Shown here: in pieces, positions 37,687 through 48,015 of the stretch
How the letters are laid out: every line of letters begins with the position of its first letter
Position numbering within the stretch: position 1 is the first letter of the stretch
Source of the DNA: Acidobacteriota bacterium
GTDB lineage: Bacteria > Acidobacteriota > Thermoanaerobaculia > UBA5066 > Gp7-AA6
Direction: 5' to 3'
NCBI GenBank assembly: GCA_020199905.1
Contig: JAIVJS010000071.1
Location: forward strand, 8,668 to 72,667
DNA: 64,000 nucleotides
Translations under genes and position numbers: made by a program
Notes under the pieces: generated by a model
What the model saw: the letters and a program-made list of their open reading frames with translations, nothing else
What the model was told of the DNA's origin: nothing
Databases searched by the model: none

Positions 37687-40043
37687 TGTCCTACTTCTGG
37701 CCCGGCGTGGCCGCCATCTGGGGCGCCCTGGCCGCCGGGACGGCCTCTCTCGTTCTCTATCTCCGGGCCGACCGCGGACGACCGCACCTCATTCCCCTGG
37801 CGCGCAGCGCCTACGCCGCGTTCGCGACCTGCATCGTGGCGGCGTGCGGGGTTCTCCTGGCGCTCCTTCTCCAGCACCGCTTCGACGTCTCGTACGTCAA
37901 TGCCTATTCGGCCCGCGACCTTCCCCTTCACTTCCTGATCTCGTCTTTCTGGGGAGGCCAGGAAGGATCGTTCCTGCTCTGGTGCTTCTGGGGCGCGATC
38001 ATCGGGCTCGTCGTCTGGCGCAGCGCGAAGGAGCAGGAGGCCCCCGTGATGGTGGTCTACCTCGCGACGTTCCTCGGAATCGTGGCGATTCTCTGCCGCC
38101 AGAGCCCCTTCCGCGTTCTCCCGGGCGCCCCTCCCGCCGACGGCGTCGGATTGAATCCACTGCTTCAGGACCCGTGGATGGTCATCCACCCGCCCGTCAT
38201 GTTCTCGGGCTTCGCCTCGCTCTCCGTCCCGTTCGCGTTCGCCATCGCGGCGCTCTGGAAGAAACGATGGGACGGATGGGTCACGCGTGCGATCCCCTGG
38301 GCCCTGTTCACCTTCGTGACGCTCGGGACCGCCATCCTGATGGGCGGGTACTGGGCGTACAAGACGCTCGGGTGGGGCGGCTACTGGGGATGGGATCCCG
38401 TCGAGAACACGAGCCTCGTCCCCTGGCTCTTCACCGCGGCACTCGTCCACGGGATGTTCCTCCAACGCGTGAAGAAGCGGCATCGCAAGGTCAACCTCAT
38501 CCTCGCGTGCGTCTCATACGTCGCGATCCTGTACGGGACGTTTCTCACGCGGTCCGGAGTCCTGGCGGACTTCTCCGTGCATTCGTTCATCGACCTGGGA
38601 ATCACGGGGTGGCTCGTCGGCATCCTCCTCGGGTTCCTCGTCGGGTCCGCCGCCCTGATCGGGTGGAGATGGCGCTCGATACCCTCGGTGCAGGAGGAAG
38701 ACCCGGCGCTTCTCTCCCGCAGCGTTCTCTTCATCCTCGGGATCGCGGCGTTCTGCGCGCTCGGGTTCGTGATCCTCCTCGGAACGTCGGCGCCGCTCCT
38801 GACCCGGCTGACCGGGAACCCGTCGCAGGTCCAGGCGAGCTTCTACAACCAGACGACGTCCCCCGCCGCGGCGCTGCTGGTCCTGCTCGCGGCGCTCGTT
38901 CCGTTCGTCTCCTGGAAGGGCGACACGGCCGGATCCCTCGCCCGCAGCGCCCGCCGGTCTCTGCTCGTCGGCGGGGCGATTCTGGTCGTCGCCGCGATCG
39001 CGGGAGCGCGCGATCCGCTGACCCTCGTCCTCCTCTTTTTCGCCGCGTTCTCGGCGGACATGAATCTGCGGGCGGTCACCCGCAAGGCGCGCACCGGGAA
39101 GTTCGGCGGCGCCGGCGGGTACCTCGCGCACGTCGGGGTCGGCATCTTCCTCGCCGGAGTGGCTGTTTCGGGCGTCTACGCGAAGTCCACCCGCATGACC
39201 CTTCCCGCCGGCAAACCGGTCCGAGCGGGCGACTCGACGCTCACGTTTCTCCGCGTCGTGCCGGGAACGGCGACGTCGAAGCAGGCGATGGAAGTGCGCG
39301 TCGAGTCCGCCGGCGGAAGAGTCGGCTATCTCTATCCGAAGATGTACGTGAATTCGAAAACGAACCAGTTGATGGCAAACCCCGCGATCCGCAACTCTCC
39401 CCTGTTCGATTTCTACGTCGCCCCGCAGTCCTACGATCCGGGGCAGGCCGAGCAATTCGGCCGCGAGGTGCGGCTGACGAAAGGCACGACGACGAACATC
39501 GAGGGGACGGGATTCACCTTCCGCGAGTTCAACGCCGATCGCGCCGCGATGCTGCGGGGCGAAAAGTCGATGCTGGTGCTGACCGAGCTGACCGTGACTC
39601 CGCCCGACGGCACGAAGCACGACATCACGGCGCGCTACGTCTTCCACACCGACGGCCAGCCGGCGGACTCGCCGGAGGTCGCGATACCCGGCCTCTCGAA
39701 TGCGTTTCTCCAGGTCCTGGCCGTTTCGCCCACCGACGGCGCCGTCGTCCTCAAGATGCGCGGCGTCTCCAGGGACCCCGCCGCCGAGCACCAGGCCGCG
39801 ACCGTCGAGAGCCTCTCGGTCGACGTGACCCGCAAGCCTCTGATCTCTCTCGTCTGGGGAGGGTTCTACGTGATGATGGCGGGCGCCCTGCTCGCGCTCG
39901 TCAAACGGTCGCGGGAGGCGCGCCGCGCCGTCGCCGCTCTGGAAGCCGAGCCCGGACCGCGCATCCCGGCGGGCTCGACGGCCCCGGGGACCGCCCCCGC
40001 CGTCGGTCCGGCCGTGCCCGTGCATCTTCGCTCCCCCCTCTGA
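37686..40043 (+). CDS. ccmF: cytochrome c heme lyase CcmF
   Basis: WGGQEGS, GLNPLLQDPWMVIHPP, WGGYWGWDPVEN, TRSG..SVHSF; start reset to ATG 37686. Confidence 0.95.
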   Translation: MSYFWPGVAAIWGALAAGTASLVLYLRADRGRPHLIPLARSAYAAFATCIVAACGVLLALLLQHRFDVSYVNAYSARDLPLHFLISSFWGGQEGSFLLWCFWGAIIGLVVWRSAKEQEAPVMVVYLATFLGIVAILCRQSPFRVLPGAPPADGVGLNPLLQDPWMVIHPPVMFSGFASLSVPFAFAIAALWKKRWDGWVTRAIPWALFTFVTLGTAILMGGYWAYKTLGWGGYWGWDPVENTSLVPWLFTAALVHGMFLQRVKKRHRKVNLILACVSYVAILYGTFLTRSGVLADFSVHSFIDLGITGWLVGILLGFLVGSAALIGWRWRSIPSVQEEDPALLSRSVLFILGIAAFCALGFVILLGTSAPLLTRLTGNPSQVQASFYNQTTSPAAALLVLLAALVPFVSWKGDTAGSLARSARRSLLVGGAILVVAAIAGARDPLTLVLLFFAAFSADMNLRAVTRKARTGKFGGAGGYLAHVGVGIFLAGVAVSGVYAKSTRMTLPAGKPVRAGDSTLTFLRVVPGTATSKQAMEVRVESAGGRVGYLYPKMYVNSKTNQLMANPAIRNSPLFDFYVAPQSYDPGQAEQFGREVRLTKGTTTNIEGTGFTFREFNADRAAMLRGEKSMLVLTELTVTPPDGTKHDITARYVFHTDGQPADSPEVAIPGLSNAFLQVLAVSPTDGAVVLKMRGVSRDPAAEHQAATVESLSVDVTRKPLISLVWGGFYVMMAGALLALVKRSREARRAVAALEAEPGPRIPAGSTAPGTAPAVGPAVPVHLRSPL

Positions 40044-40126
40044 GCCCGGGCACCGAACGCCGTCCCGGCCCTCTTTGGCGGCATCCGGAACGGATCCTGC
40101 ATTTGGGGTTGTCTGGAGTGTGGATT

Positions 40127-41059
40127 ATGAAGACTCGAATGATCACCCTGGCGCTCCTCGTCTCCGGGGTCGCCGGATTCGCCGGGGCCCGGGCCCTCTA
40201 TCGCATCGATCTGCGGGGCAACACGTCGATCCTGACCCGGGATGAGCCCGTCGCGCACGGGAGTGTTCTCCTGTTCCACCGGCACCCGGACGGCCGGCTG
40301 ACCGGCGTGCCCTCGGAGTCGGTCGCCGGCGTCACGGCCGTGAGCGGATCCACAACAGTTCGGTCGACGACCACGACGGTCGCGAAGGCGCCGCGACTCG
40401 CGCGCACGGTCGCAACGCCCGCCGCGGCGGCGCCCGCCCGTCCGCTGGCGCCCGGCGAGGCCACCACGATCGGCACGACCGGCGGCGACGGCGCGCCGGG
40501 TTCCGCGCAGCCGCGGAATGCCGCCCAGCCTTCGGGAGCGCCGAGCCCCTCGGGCGACATCCGGGCGCGCGCCGCCGTGGATGCCCAGGTGTTCCCGGGT
40601 GACCTTCCCGCTCAGACCGGTAACACGGCCGGGGGCTCCGCGAACGGCACGATGAACGGCACGACGGCGATCAATCCGACGCTGACGGCGCCCGCGAACA
40701 CAACCGGGGCGACCGCGGCCAGCGCTTCCACCCCGGGCGCGTCGCAGCCGGTCGGCCCGAACGGGTTCCCGACGACGTCCGGCCCGGGCCCGCAGCCCGG
40801 AGCGGCGCAGCCGGTCAATCCCAACGGGTTCCCGGCGACGGGAACGGGGACGCCCGGCACGGCGACCGCCGGAACGGCGACGACCGGGACGGACATCGGC
40901 ACGGCGGCGGGTCAGACCGGAGCCACGACCTCGAATCAGGGCACGGCGAATCAGAACAATTCCAACGGGACGGCCACGACCACGGCTCCGGCCAACCCGA
41001 AAGCGAATCCTCCCGCCAACAACGGGGGCAAGCCCAACGGCTCGGGAAAGTCCAACTAA
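40127..41059 (+). CDS. secreted protein: small N-terminal domain + low-complexity T/A/G/P/N tail
   Basis: signal peptide MKTRMITLALLVSGVAGFAGARA; repeated QPVxPNGFP; N-domain similar to 49291..49866. Confidence 0.75.
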   Translation: MKTRMITLALLVSGVAGFAGARALYRIDLRGNTSILTRDEPVAHGSVLLFHRHPDGRLTGVPSESVAGVTAVSGSTTVRSTTTTVAKAPRLARTVATPAAAAPARPLAPGEATTIGTTGGDGAPGSAQPRNAAQPSGAPSPSGDIRARAAVDAQVFPGDLPAQTGNTAGGSANGTMNGTTAINPTLTAPANTTGATAASASTPGASQPVGPNGFPTTSGPGPQPGAAQPVNPNGFPATGTGTPGTATAGTATTGTDIGTAAGQTGATTSNQGTANQNNSNGTATTTAPANPKANPPANNGGKPNGSGKSN

Positions 41060-41119
41060 CCCGTCGCTCGGCCTCAGGCTCTCATCGCGATCCGCCCGGC
41101 CCCGCCGGGCGGATTTGTC

Positions 41120-41866
41120 TCAGCCGAACGGAATTTCGACTTCGAGCCCGTCCCGAGCGGCGACGGCGCGGCATTGCGGCGCGGACTTCCGGGCGAGCTC
41201 CTCGATCGCGATCTCGAGGTCCCGATCCCCCATCCCGATCGGCGCTTCGCCGAAATGCGAAAACACCGCCTCCGGCACCCGGGCTTTTCCCAGCCACCCG
41301 AGCTGGGCCCGGATCGTGGTGTGGCCGACGAGAACACCGCTTCCATGGCGCCGCACCAGAGACGCGGTGAGCGTCGACCCGTCGCCGACATAGGCGTCGG
41401 CGCCCGCGAGGGCCTGGTCGCGTGCCGCGGCGTTCTCGAAGCTCACGATGTCGCCCGAGTAGACGAGGGTTCCCTCCGGCGTCTCGATCCGGGCGGCGAT
41501 ACAGGGGCATCGAAGAGAGTGGACGACGTCGAACGTCGTGAGCCGAAACGGGCCGAGAGTCTGCGCGACACCGGGCACGGAGCGGACCCGCTTCGCGATC
41601 GGGAATTCGGAGAGCAGCGCATGCGTGGCCTCCGACGCGAGGACGGGAACGTCGGTGCCCTCCGCGAGTCCCCACGCGTGATCGGGATGCGCGTGCGACA
41701 CGAAGACGGCGTCGGGGGCGATCTTCGCCAGCCCGCCCCGGCGGTTCTCCCCGAAATCGCACAGCAGCCGGAAACCGGCCGCCTCGATCGTGAACGCCGA
41801 GTGGCCGGCGTGCGACGGCGACGTCGCGTCGACGTATCCCTTCGTGCCGAAGAAGCGGAGGAGCAT
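41120..41866 (-). CDS. MBL-fold metallo-hydrolase
   Basis: FFGTKG, SHAHPDH, VVHS, YSGD, GHT, SH motifs. Confidence 0.88.
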   Translation of the reverse strand: MLLRFFGTKGYVDATSPSHAGHSAFTIEAAGFRLLCDFGENRRGGLAKIAPDAVFVSHAHPDHAWGLAEGTDVPVLASEATHALLSEFPIAKRVRSVPGVAQTLGPFRLTTFDVVHSLRCPCIAARIETPEGTLVYSGDIVSFENAAARDQALAGADAYVGDGSTLTASLVRRHGSGVLVGHTTIRAQLGWLGKARVPEAVFSHFGEAPIGMGDRDLEIAIEELARKSAPQCRAVAARDGLEVEIPFG

Positions 41867-41930
41867 GGGGAGAAGAGTAGTCGAGCGTTGAGCGTTGGTC
41901 GTTCAGGACCAATTCCCGATTGCCGGTCCA

Positions 41931-41981
41931 GTTGACCGCGGAGGACCGCGGCCGTCTCGCTCCCGTTGGTCGCTCGGCTCC
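41931..41981 (+). repeat. 51-bp palindromic intergenic repeat, copy 3
   Basis: GTTGACCGCGGAGGACCGCGGCCGTCTCGCTCCCGTTGGTCGCTCGGCTCC between divergent genes. Confidence 0.9.
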
Positions 41982-42023
41982 GTTTTCCGTTTCCGGATCT
42001 CCGATCCCCGGTACCATTCCCGC

Positions 42024-42881
42024 ATGCGCGTCGGCGATCTGCGGCTCGACATCGTGGCGGACGCTCACTTCCGGCTGGACGGCGGCGCCATGTTCGGCGT
42101 CGTTCCGAAGGTGCTCTGGGAGCGGAAGTTTCCAGCGGACGACAAGAACCGGATCGGTCTCGCCACCAACTGCCTCCTCGTGCGGGGGGAAGGCTTCACC
42201 GCTCTCGTCGAATGCGGCCTCGGGGCGAAGTGGGATGACCGGGGACGGGAGCTGTACGCGATCGCCAGCTCGCCGACTCTCGGCGCATCGCTCGCCGCCC
42301 TCGGGGTCAAGGCGGAGGAAATAGACGCCCTCGTGCTCTCGCACCTTCACTTCGACCATGCCGGGGGCGCGACGCGCCTCGAGAACGGCCGGGCGGTCCC
42401 GGCCTTTCCGAACGCGACCCTCTACGTCCAGTCCGAGGAGCTCGCCCACGCTCGCGCGCCTCATGAGCGCGATCGCGCCTCGTACGACGCGGCGAACTGG
42501 GAGCCCTATGCGGCGGCGGGGCGGCTCGAAGGCCTCGACGGCGAGGTCGAGGTCCGGCCGGGACTGCGCGTCGTTCCGCTCCCGGGACACAACGCGGGGA
42601 TGCAGGCGGTTCGCATCGACTCGGGCGCGCAAACGGCCTTCTATTTTGCCGACGCGCTTCCCACCTCAGCGCACGTTCCCCTGCCCTGGATGATGGGATA
42701 CGACCTCTATCCGGTCGAGCTGCTCGAAAACAAGAGGCGTCTGCTCGCCGAAGCCGTCCGCGAACGGTGGCTGTGCGTCTTCGAGCACGATCCGGATGTC
42801 CCATGGGGAGTCATCGTCGACGAGCCGGACGGGAAGAGGCGCGTCCACGTCGTGCCGGTTCTCCAGGAACACTTCGACTGA
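42024..42881 (+). CDS. MBL-fold hydrolase, YtnP-like lactonase family
   Basis: FRLDGGAMFGVVPK, SHLHFDHAGG, PGH, WMMGYD, FEHDP; start reset to ATG 42024. Confidence 0.9.
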   Translation: MRVGDLRLDIVADAHFRLDGGAMFGVVPKVLWERKFPADDKNRIGLATNCLLVRGEGFTALVECGLGAKWDDRGRELYAIASSPTLGASLAALGVKAEEIDALVLSHLHFDHAGGATRLENGRAVPAFPNATLYVQSEELAHARAPHERDRASYDAANWEPYAAAGRLEGLDGEVEVRPGLRVVPLPGHNAGMQAVRIDSGAQTAFYFADALPTSAHVPLPWMMGYDLYPVELLENKRRLLAEAVRERWLCVFEHDPDVPWGVIVDEPDGKRRVHVVPVLQEHFD

Positions 42882-42927
42882 AAAGCGCCACGCGGGCCTT
42901 CCTGCGGCTCCGCCCCTCCAGGGGACT

Positions 42928-44907
42928 ATGATCCTTTCCCTCCTCTTCCTCTCCGTTCCGGCCCTGCTGACTTACGTCCTCTTGGATCGCGCGTCGCTCT
43001 TCCGGTCGGGGCTCGCGCGAGGCTTCGCCGCGTGGGTCTTCGGGACGTTCGCCGCGACCACCGCCGTCTATGGCGTGGCGATGAGCCTCGCTCCCTGGAC
43101 GGACGGGGTGCTTCGTAAGGCCGCTCTCGCCATTGTCGCGGCTTCGGCGGGCGGCCTCCTTGTCGCGCGCCGGTCCGCCCTCCGATCCGCCCGCGCGATC
43201 GCTTTCTTCCGGCCGACGCGGGCCGCAGCCGGAAAGGCTCTCTTTCTGATCGCCTGCGGCGCGTTCTCGTTTTTCTTCTACCGGCCCCACATGGCTCAGA
43301 CGCCGGAGGCCCTCTTCCGCAGCCCCGTCTACTGGGACCTGAACGTGCACGCACCCATCGTCCAGAACTTCGCGTTCGGCGACAACTTCCCGGCGCAGAA
43401 CGAGTCCTTCGCCGGGGCTCCGGAGACGTACCACTTCTTCTTCGACCTCCTGACCGCCGTCCCGGTGGCGTTCGGAGTGCGGCTCGCCCCCGCGTTCCTG
43501 CTCGTCAGCGCGGCGAGCCTTTTCGCGGTGCTCGGACTTCTCGCGGGCTTCGCGGAGGAGCTCGGCGGCGGTCCCGGCGCCGGCATGCTGGCGGCCATGC
43601 TCGCGTGCACGTCGAGCAGCCTGCGTTTCGTAGACGCCCTCGCGCCCCGCGCCGGCCGCTCTCTCACCGGCGGTGTCGCAGACCTTTTGACGCGCCGCGA
43701 CCATCCGTATCTCGCCTCGTTCGTCGCCGGGAATCCGTTCGCCTACAACGGGACGATGTTCAACCTCTTCTATTTTCTGGAAGAGCGCCAGCTCGTCTTC
43801 GCTTCCGCATTCCTTCTCTCCTCCGTTCTTCTACTTTCGACGCGCGACCGATGGAGCATCCCGTTCTGTGTGGCCGCGGGGGCCGCGTTCGGGCTGTTCG
43901 CGCTCTGGCACCTGTTCGTCACGATCTCTCTCGGCCTGGCGATCGTGTGGCTCCTCGCCGCGGCGCCCGGGCGCCGGAAGACCGCGGCGGTCCTGATCGG
44001 GATGGCCATCTCGGGGGGCGCGTTCCTGGCGTGGGTCGCGTGGGTCTCGCGGCCGGAATTCTTCGTCCCGGGCGGCCGCCCCGCGCTGCGCTGGAACCCG
44101 GCGTTCTCGACGATGCCGGGCGGGCCGCCCTTCTCGCTGTTCCACGCACTCGGATACTGGCTCTACGGCTGGGGGCTCAAGGCGATCCTCGGGGTGGCGG
44201 GCCTCATCGTGGCGTATCGGCGCCGCCCGCGCCTCTTCGACGCGCTCGCGTCGATTCTCGTTCCCACTTTTCTGCTGGTGAACACCGTGCAGGTGCTCCC
44301 GCTGTCCGTTTACGACAATCACAAATGGCTGCGCCCGATGAACCTCTTCCTCGACCTCGCCGCGGGGCTCTTCGTGACGGAGAAGATCTGGCGCTGGCGC
44401 CGCCACGTCGCGGTCCGCCGGGCCGCGCTCGCGGCCTCCATGGCCCTGATGACCTTCTCCGGCGTCCTCGAGCTCGTTCCGTTCTGGCGCAGCCGGCCAA
44501 CGGTCTTCTACGCGCCTTACCCGACCGGGCTGACGCGCGTCGTGCGAGAGCTCACGGCGCCGAGGGACGTCTTCGCGTCGTTCGAAGCCAACGCCCTCCA
44601 CATGGCGGGCCGCAGACTCTTCCTCGGCAACGACTCGGACGAGCGGGGGACGGCCTCCCTGGTCGCCTCAGCCGGCTTCGACGTCGCCAGGAGGCAAAAG
44701 GAGCTGATCGACCTCTACGGCGCTACGACCCGGCGGCAGTTCTGCGACGTCGCCCGCCGCAACGGGATCGCGTGGGTCGAAGTCGAGCGAGGGCGGAAGG
44801 CCGCCTCCGGGGCAGACGGCCGCGCGCCCGGATTCGAGGCTCTCTCTCCTCACGGCCGACTCCTCCACTTCCTCGACGTGGAGAGCTTCTGCGGGATCAG
44901 GCCGTAG
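42928..44907 (+). CDS. polytopic membrane protein, GT-C glycosyltransferase-like
   Basis: YWDLNVH...FAFGDNFP...YHFFFD loop motif, many TM helices, soluble C-terminal domain. Confidence 0.6.
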   Translation: MILSLLFLSVPALLTYVLLDRASLFRSGLARGFAAWVFGTFAATTAVYGVAMSLAPWTDGVLRKAALAIVAASAGGLLVARRSALRSARAIAFFRPTRAAAGKALFLIACGAFSFFFYRPHMAQTPEALFRSPVYWDLNVHAPIVQNFAFGDNFPAQNESFAGAPETYHFFFDLLTAVPVAFGVRLAPAFLLVSAASLFAVLGLLAGFAEELGGGPGAGMLAAMLACTSSSLRFVDALAPRAGRSLTGGVADLLTRRDHPYLASFVAGNPFAYNGTMFNLFYFLEERQLVFASAFLLSSVLLLSTRDRWSIPFCVAAGAAFGLFALWHLFVTISLGLAIVWLLAAAPGRRKTAAVLIGMAISGGAFLAWVAWVSRPEFFVPGGRPALRWNPAFSTMPGGPPFSLFHALGYWLYGWGLKAILGVAGLIVAYRRRPRLFDALASILVPTFLLVNTVQVLPLSVYDNHKWLRPMNLFLDLAAGLFVTEKIWRWRRHVAVRRAALAASMALMTFSGVLELVPFWRSRPTVFYAPYPTGLTRVVRELTAPRDVFASFEANALHMAGRRLFLGNDSDERGTASLVASAGFDVARRQKELIDLYGATTRRQFCDVARRNGIAWVEVERGRKAASGADGRAPGFEALSPHGRLLHFLDVESFCGIRP

Positions 44908-44926
44908 CCGCGCGGTCCGGCTCGAA

Positions 44927-46099
44927 TCAGACTTCCCGCAAGGCCGTCGTGATCTTCAGCCGCGACGCGCGCCACGCCGGGAAGAATCCTCCGAACACGC
45001 CCATCGCGAGCGAGAACGCGATCCCTCCGGCGATCAGCGGGGGCGTCAGGCGGAAGTTGAACAGGACTTCGGAGAAGGTCCGGAAGTTCATGGTCCCCGT
45101 CGGCTTCGTCAGGATCAGATTGAAGAGGATGAACGCCAGCGTCGTCCCCGCGATGCCGCCCGCCACGCAGAGCAGGAGGGCCTCGAGGATGAAGGAGGCG
45201 AGCACCGATCTCCGCGAGAATCCGATCGCCCGGAGAGTTCCGATCTCGCGCGTCCGCGCCGAGACCTGCGCGTACATCGTGTTCATGGCGCCGAACGACG
45301 CCCCGATGGCGGTGAAGACGCCGACCAGGATCGCGAGCACCTTGATCGGCGCCCCCGTCACCATCTGCTCCTCGTAGTACTTCTTCTCCGTCTTTCCCTC
45401 GAGCTTCAGCCGCTGATCGCCCTTGACGGTCTCGATGTATCGGGCCGCCGCGTCCGGGTCACTGGCGCGGACGAAGACGGAGGAGAAGATCGGCCGCTTG
45501 GACTGCGCCTGCAGGTCTTTGGCGTCCACCCAGATCTCGGATTCGTACGCGCTGCCGGACCCGTCGAAGTGACCCACGATGATCCATCGGAAGGCGCCGG
45601 ATTTGATCCGGTCCCCGATCCCCATCCCCGCGAATCGCGTCGCGAGATTCTTCGACACGATGGCCTCGTTGGTGCCCGGATTCATGATGCGCCCGTCGAC
45701 GATCCGGACTCCCGGCCGCATCTCGAAACCGACCGGCCCGACGCCGCGGATCTGAACGTTCGAGCTCTTTCCATCCTGCCTGGGAATGTTGATGAGCGTC
45801 AGGAGCTCGGGGGAGACGAGCGGCTCGCCCTTGGCGTTGCGCTCGATCCCGGGAAGCGCGCGGATCATCTCGTAGGCATCCCGTGTCACGACGCTCTGCA
45901 TTTCCGCCTGGGAGCCGACGCGCATCGTGAGGACGTTGCGCGTGGACGCATTCACGGAGAGGGTCCGATTGACGCCCTGCCAGAGGGCGAGCACGAAGAG
46001 GAACACCGTCACGACGAGACAGATGACCAGGACCGTCATGCCGGTCGAGACCTTCCGATTGACGAGATTGCGCGCGTTGTACTTGATCGGGATCGCCAT
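44927..46099 (-). CDS. ABC transporter permease (MacB/FtsX-like)
   Basis: GAMNTMY, RTREIGTLRAIGF, GGFFPAWRAS. Confidence 0.92.
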   Translation of the reverse strand: MAIPIKYNARNLVNRKVSTGMTVLVICLVVTVFLFVLALWQGVNRTLSVNASTRNVLTMRVGSQAEMQSVVTRDAYEMIRALPGIERNAKGEPLVSPELLTLINIPRQDGKSSNVQIRGVGPVGFEMRPGVRIVDGRIMNPGTNEAIVSKNLATRFAGMGIGDRIKSGAFRWIIVGHFDGSGSAYESEIWVDAKDLQAQSKRPIFSSVFVRASDPDAAARYIETVKGDQRLKLEGKTEKKYYEEQMVTGAPIKVLAILVGVFTAIGASFGAMNTMYAQVSARTREIGTLRAIGFSRRSVLASFILEALLLCVAGGIAGTTLAFILFNLILTKPTGTMNFRTFSEVLFNFRLTPPLIAGGIAFSLAMGVFGGFFPAWRASRLKITTALREV

Positions 46100-46100
46100 G

Positions 46101-47267
46101 TCACACCACCTGCCGCAGGCCGTCGACGATGCGGATCCGGCTCGAACGGATCGCCGGCACGAACCCCGCGAGCACCCCGACCCCGACGGAGATCAGGAAG
46201 GCGGCGAGCAGCACCGATCCCGTCACCTTGAAGTTGATGAGGAAAGGCGCCATGGGCGTCGTCGCCATGCCCTTGACCATTCCCGGCACGAAGAGATATT
46301 TCGCGAGCACGACCCCGAGGAGCCCGCCCAGAAGCGACATCAGCACGGCTTCCGAGAGGATGAACCCCAGGATGTGCCCCGGCCGGAACCCCAGCGTCCG
46401 CATGACCGAGATCTCCGTGACGCGCTCCCGGGCCGACATGGCCACGGTGTTGGCGACGATGAGAGTCACGGCGAAGAGGATGATCAGGGAGATCCAGCGG
46501 ATCAGGCCCTTGATGTTGCCCATCATCTCCATGAAGGACGCCTGGAACTGCTTTTCCGTGAGCGTCTTCGTCGGCGCGTCGCTGTTCTCGAACATCTTAT
46601 CGATCGTGGACGTCACCCGCGGCAGATCGGCGGCGTCGGCGACCTTCAGGTAGTAGATGCCGGTCACCCTGTTCGCCCCGAACCACTTCGCCTGATTCAG
46701 ATATTCGTTGTGGAAAAACGCGTTCGACTCGTCGCCGGACCGGTAAGCGCCGACGAACACGAGATCGAGCGTCACGGGAATGTACGTCCCGCGCAGCATG
46801 ATGTGCTCGCCCTTCTTCCAGTGGAACTTGTTCACGAGGCTCTGTCCGGCGACGAAGGAATTCTGCGTCGCACGGAACTCCTTCTCGATCGCGGGGTCGA
46901 TCGTCGCGTCGTCGAAGAGCTTGGTGAAGAAGATTTCGGGGTCGCAGGAGAGCTGCCCGAAGAAGTTTTCGGGCTTGTCGTCCCTGTAGACGCCGCCGAA
47001 CCAGATTTGCGGCGAGACCGCGACGACCCCGGGGATCTGCTCGATCCGCTGCCGCTGAGAGAGCGGAAGGAAATTCGCGAGCCCCGTCGCATGCTGCACG
47101 ACGAGCCGGTTGGACCCGCGGTTGCCCGACGGATCCTGCTCCATGGCCTGCAGCAGGCATGTGAGGACGACGATCAGGACGAGGACGAGCACGATCGAGC
47201 CGGTCGTCAGGACCGTGCGCGTCTTCTTGCGGAAGACGTTTCGCCAGACCAGGTTGAAGAACTTCAT
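46101..47267 (-). CDS. ABC transporter permease (MacB/FtsX-like)
   Basis: [35 protein letters not shown]. Confidence 0.92.
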   Translation of the reverse strand: MKFFNLVWRNVFRKKTRTVLTTGSIVLVLVLIVVLTCLLQAMEQDPSGNRGSNRLVVQHATGLANFLPLSQRQRIEQIPGVVAVSPQIWFGGVYRDDKPENFFGQLSCDPEIFFTKLFDDATIDPAIEKEFRATQNSFVAGQSLVNKFHWKKGEHIMLRGTYIPVTLDLVFVGAYRSGDESNAFFHNEYLNQAKWFGANRVTGIYYLKVADAADLPRVTSTIDKMFENSDAPTKTLTEKQFQASFMEMMGNIKGLIRWISLIILFAVTLIVANTVAMSARERVTEISVMRTLGFRPGHILGFILSEAVLMSLLGGLLGVVLAKYLFVPGMVKGMATTPMAPFLINFKVTGSVLLAAFLISVGVGVLAGFVPAIRSSRIRIVDGLRQVV

Positions 47268-47977
47268 GCCTTCCTGGCGGCCCCGGCCTCGGTCTGCTCA
47301 TCGGCATGGAGAACGCCCTTGTCGAGGTGGACCATGCGGTGAGCGCGCGCCGCGGCCTTCGGGTCGTGCGTCACCATGACGATCGTCTTACCGAACTCGG
47401 CGTTCAAGCGGTTCAAAAGAACGAGGATCTCTTCGGCGGACTTCGCGTCGAGGTCTCCCGTCGGCTCATCGGCGACGAGAATCGCGGGGTCGGAGACGAT
47501 CGCGCGAGCGATCGCGACACGCTGCTCCTGGCCGCCCGAGAGCTGGCGGGGGTAGTGGTCCATCCGGTCCTCGAGGCTCACGATCTTCAGCGCCGTCTCG
47601 ACATGCCGCCGGCGCTCGGCGCGCTTTAAGGGGGTCAGGAGCAGCGGGAGCTCCACGTTCTCGAACGCGGTCAGCACGGGCAGCAGGTTGTACAACTGGA
47701 AAATGAAGCCCACCGTCCGCGATCTCCAGCGGGCGAGCTCGCTCTGCCCGATGCGGGCGATGTCCTTTCCCCCGATGACGATCCGCCCCCGCGTCGGCTG
47801 GTCGATCCCGGCAATCAGATTCAGGAGCGTCGTCTTGCCTGAACCGGACGGACCCATGAGCGAGACGAACTCGCCCTGAAGGATCTCGAGGTTGACGTCG
47901 TTTAACACCGGGATTTCCAGCGCGTCGCGCCGGTAAACCTTCTCGACGTGCTCGATGGCGATCAGCGGTTCTGCCAT
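47264..47977 (-). CDS. ABC transporter ATP-binding protein (LolD/MacB-like)
   Basis: [30 protein letters not shown]. Confidence 0.95.
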   Translation of the reverse strand: MAEPLIAIEHVEKVYRRDALEIPVLNDVNLEILQGEFVSLMGPSGSGKTTLLNLIAGIDQPTRGRIVIGGKDIARIGQSELARWRSRTVGFIFQLYNLLPVLTAFENVELPLLLTPLKRAERRRHVETALKIVSLEDRMDHYPRQLSGGQEQRVAIARAIVSDPAILVADEPTGDLDAKSAEEILVLLNRLNAEFGKTIVMVTHDPKAAARAHRMVHLDKGVLHADEQTEAGAARKA

Positions 47978-48015
47978 GGGACCTCCTTCTCTCTCCTCGC
48001 GTGCCCGAACCCTTC

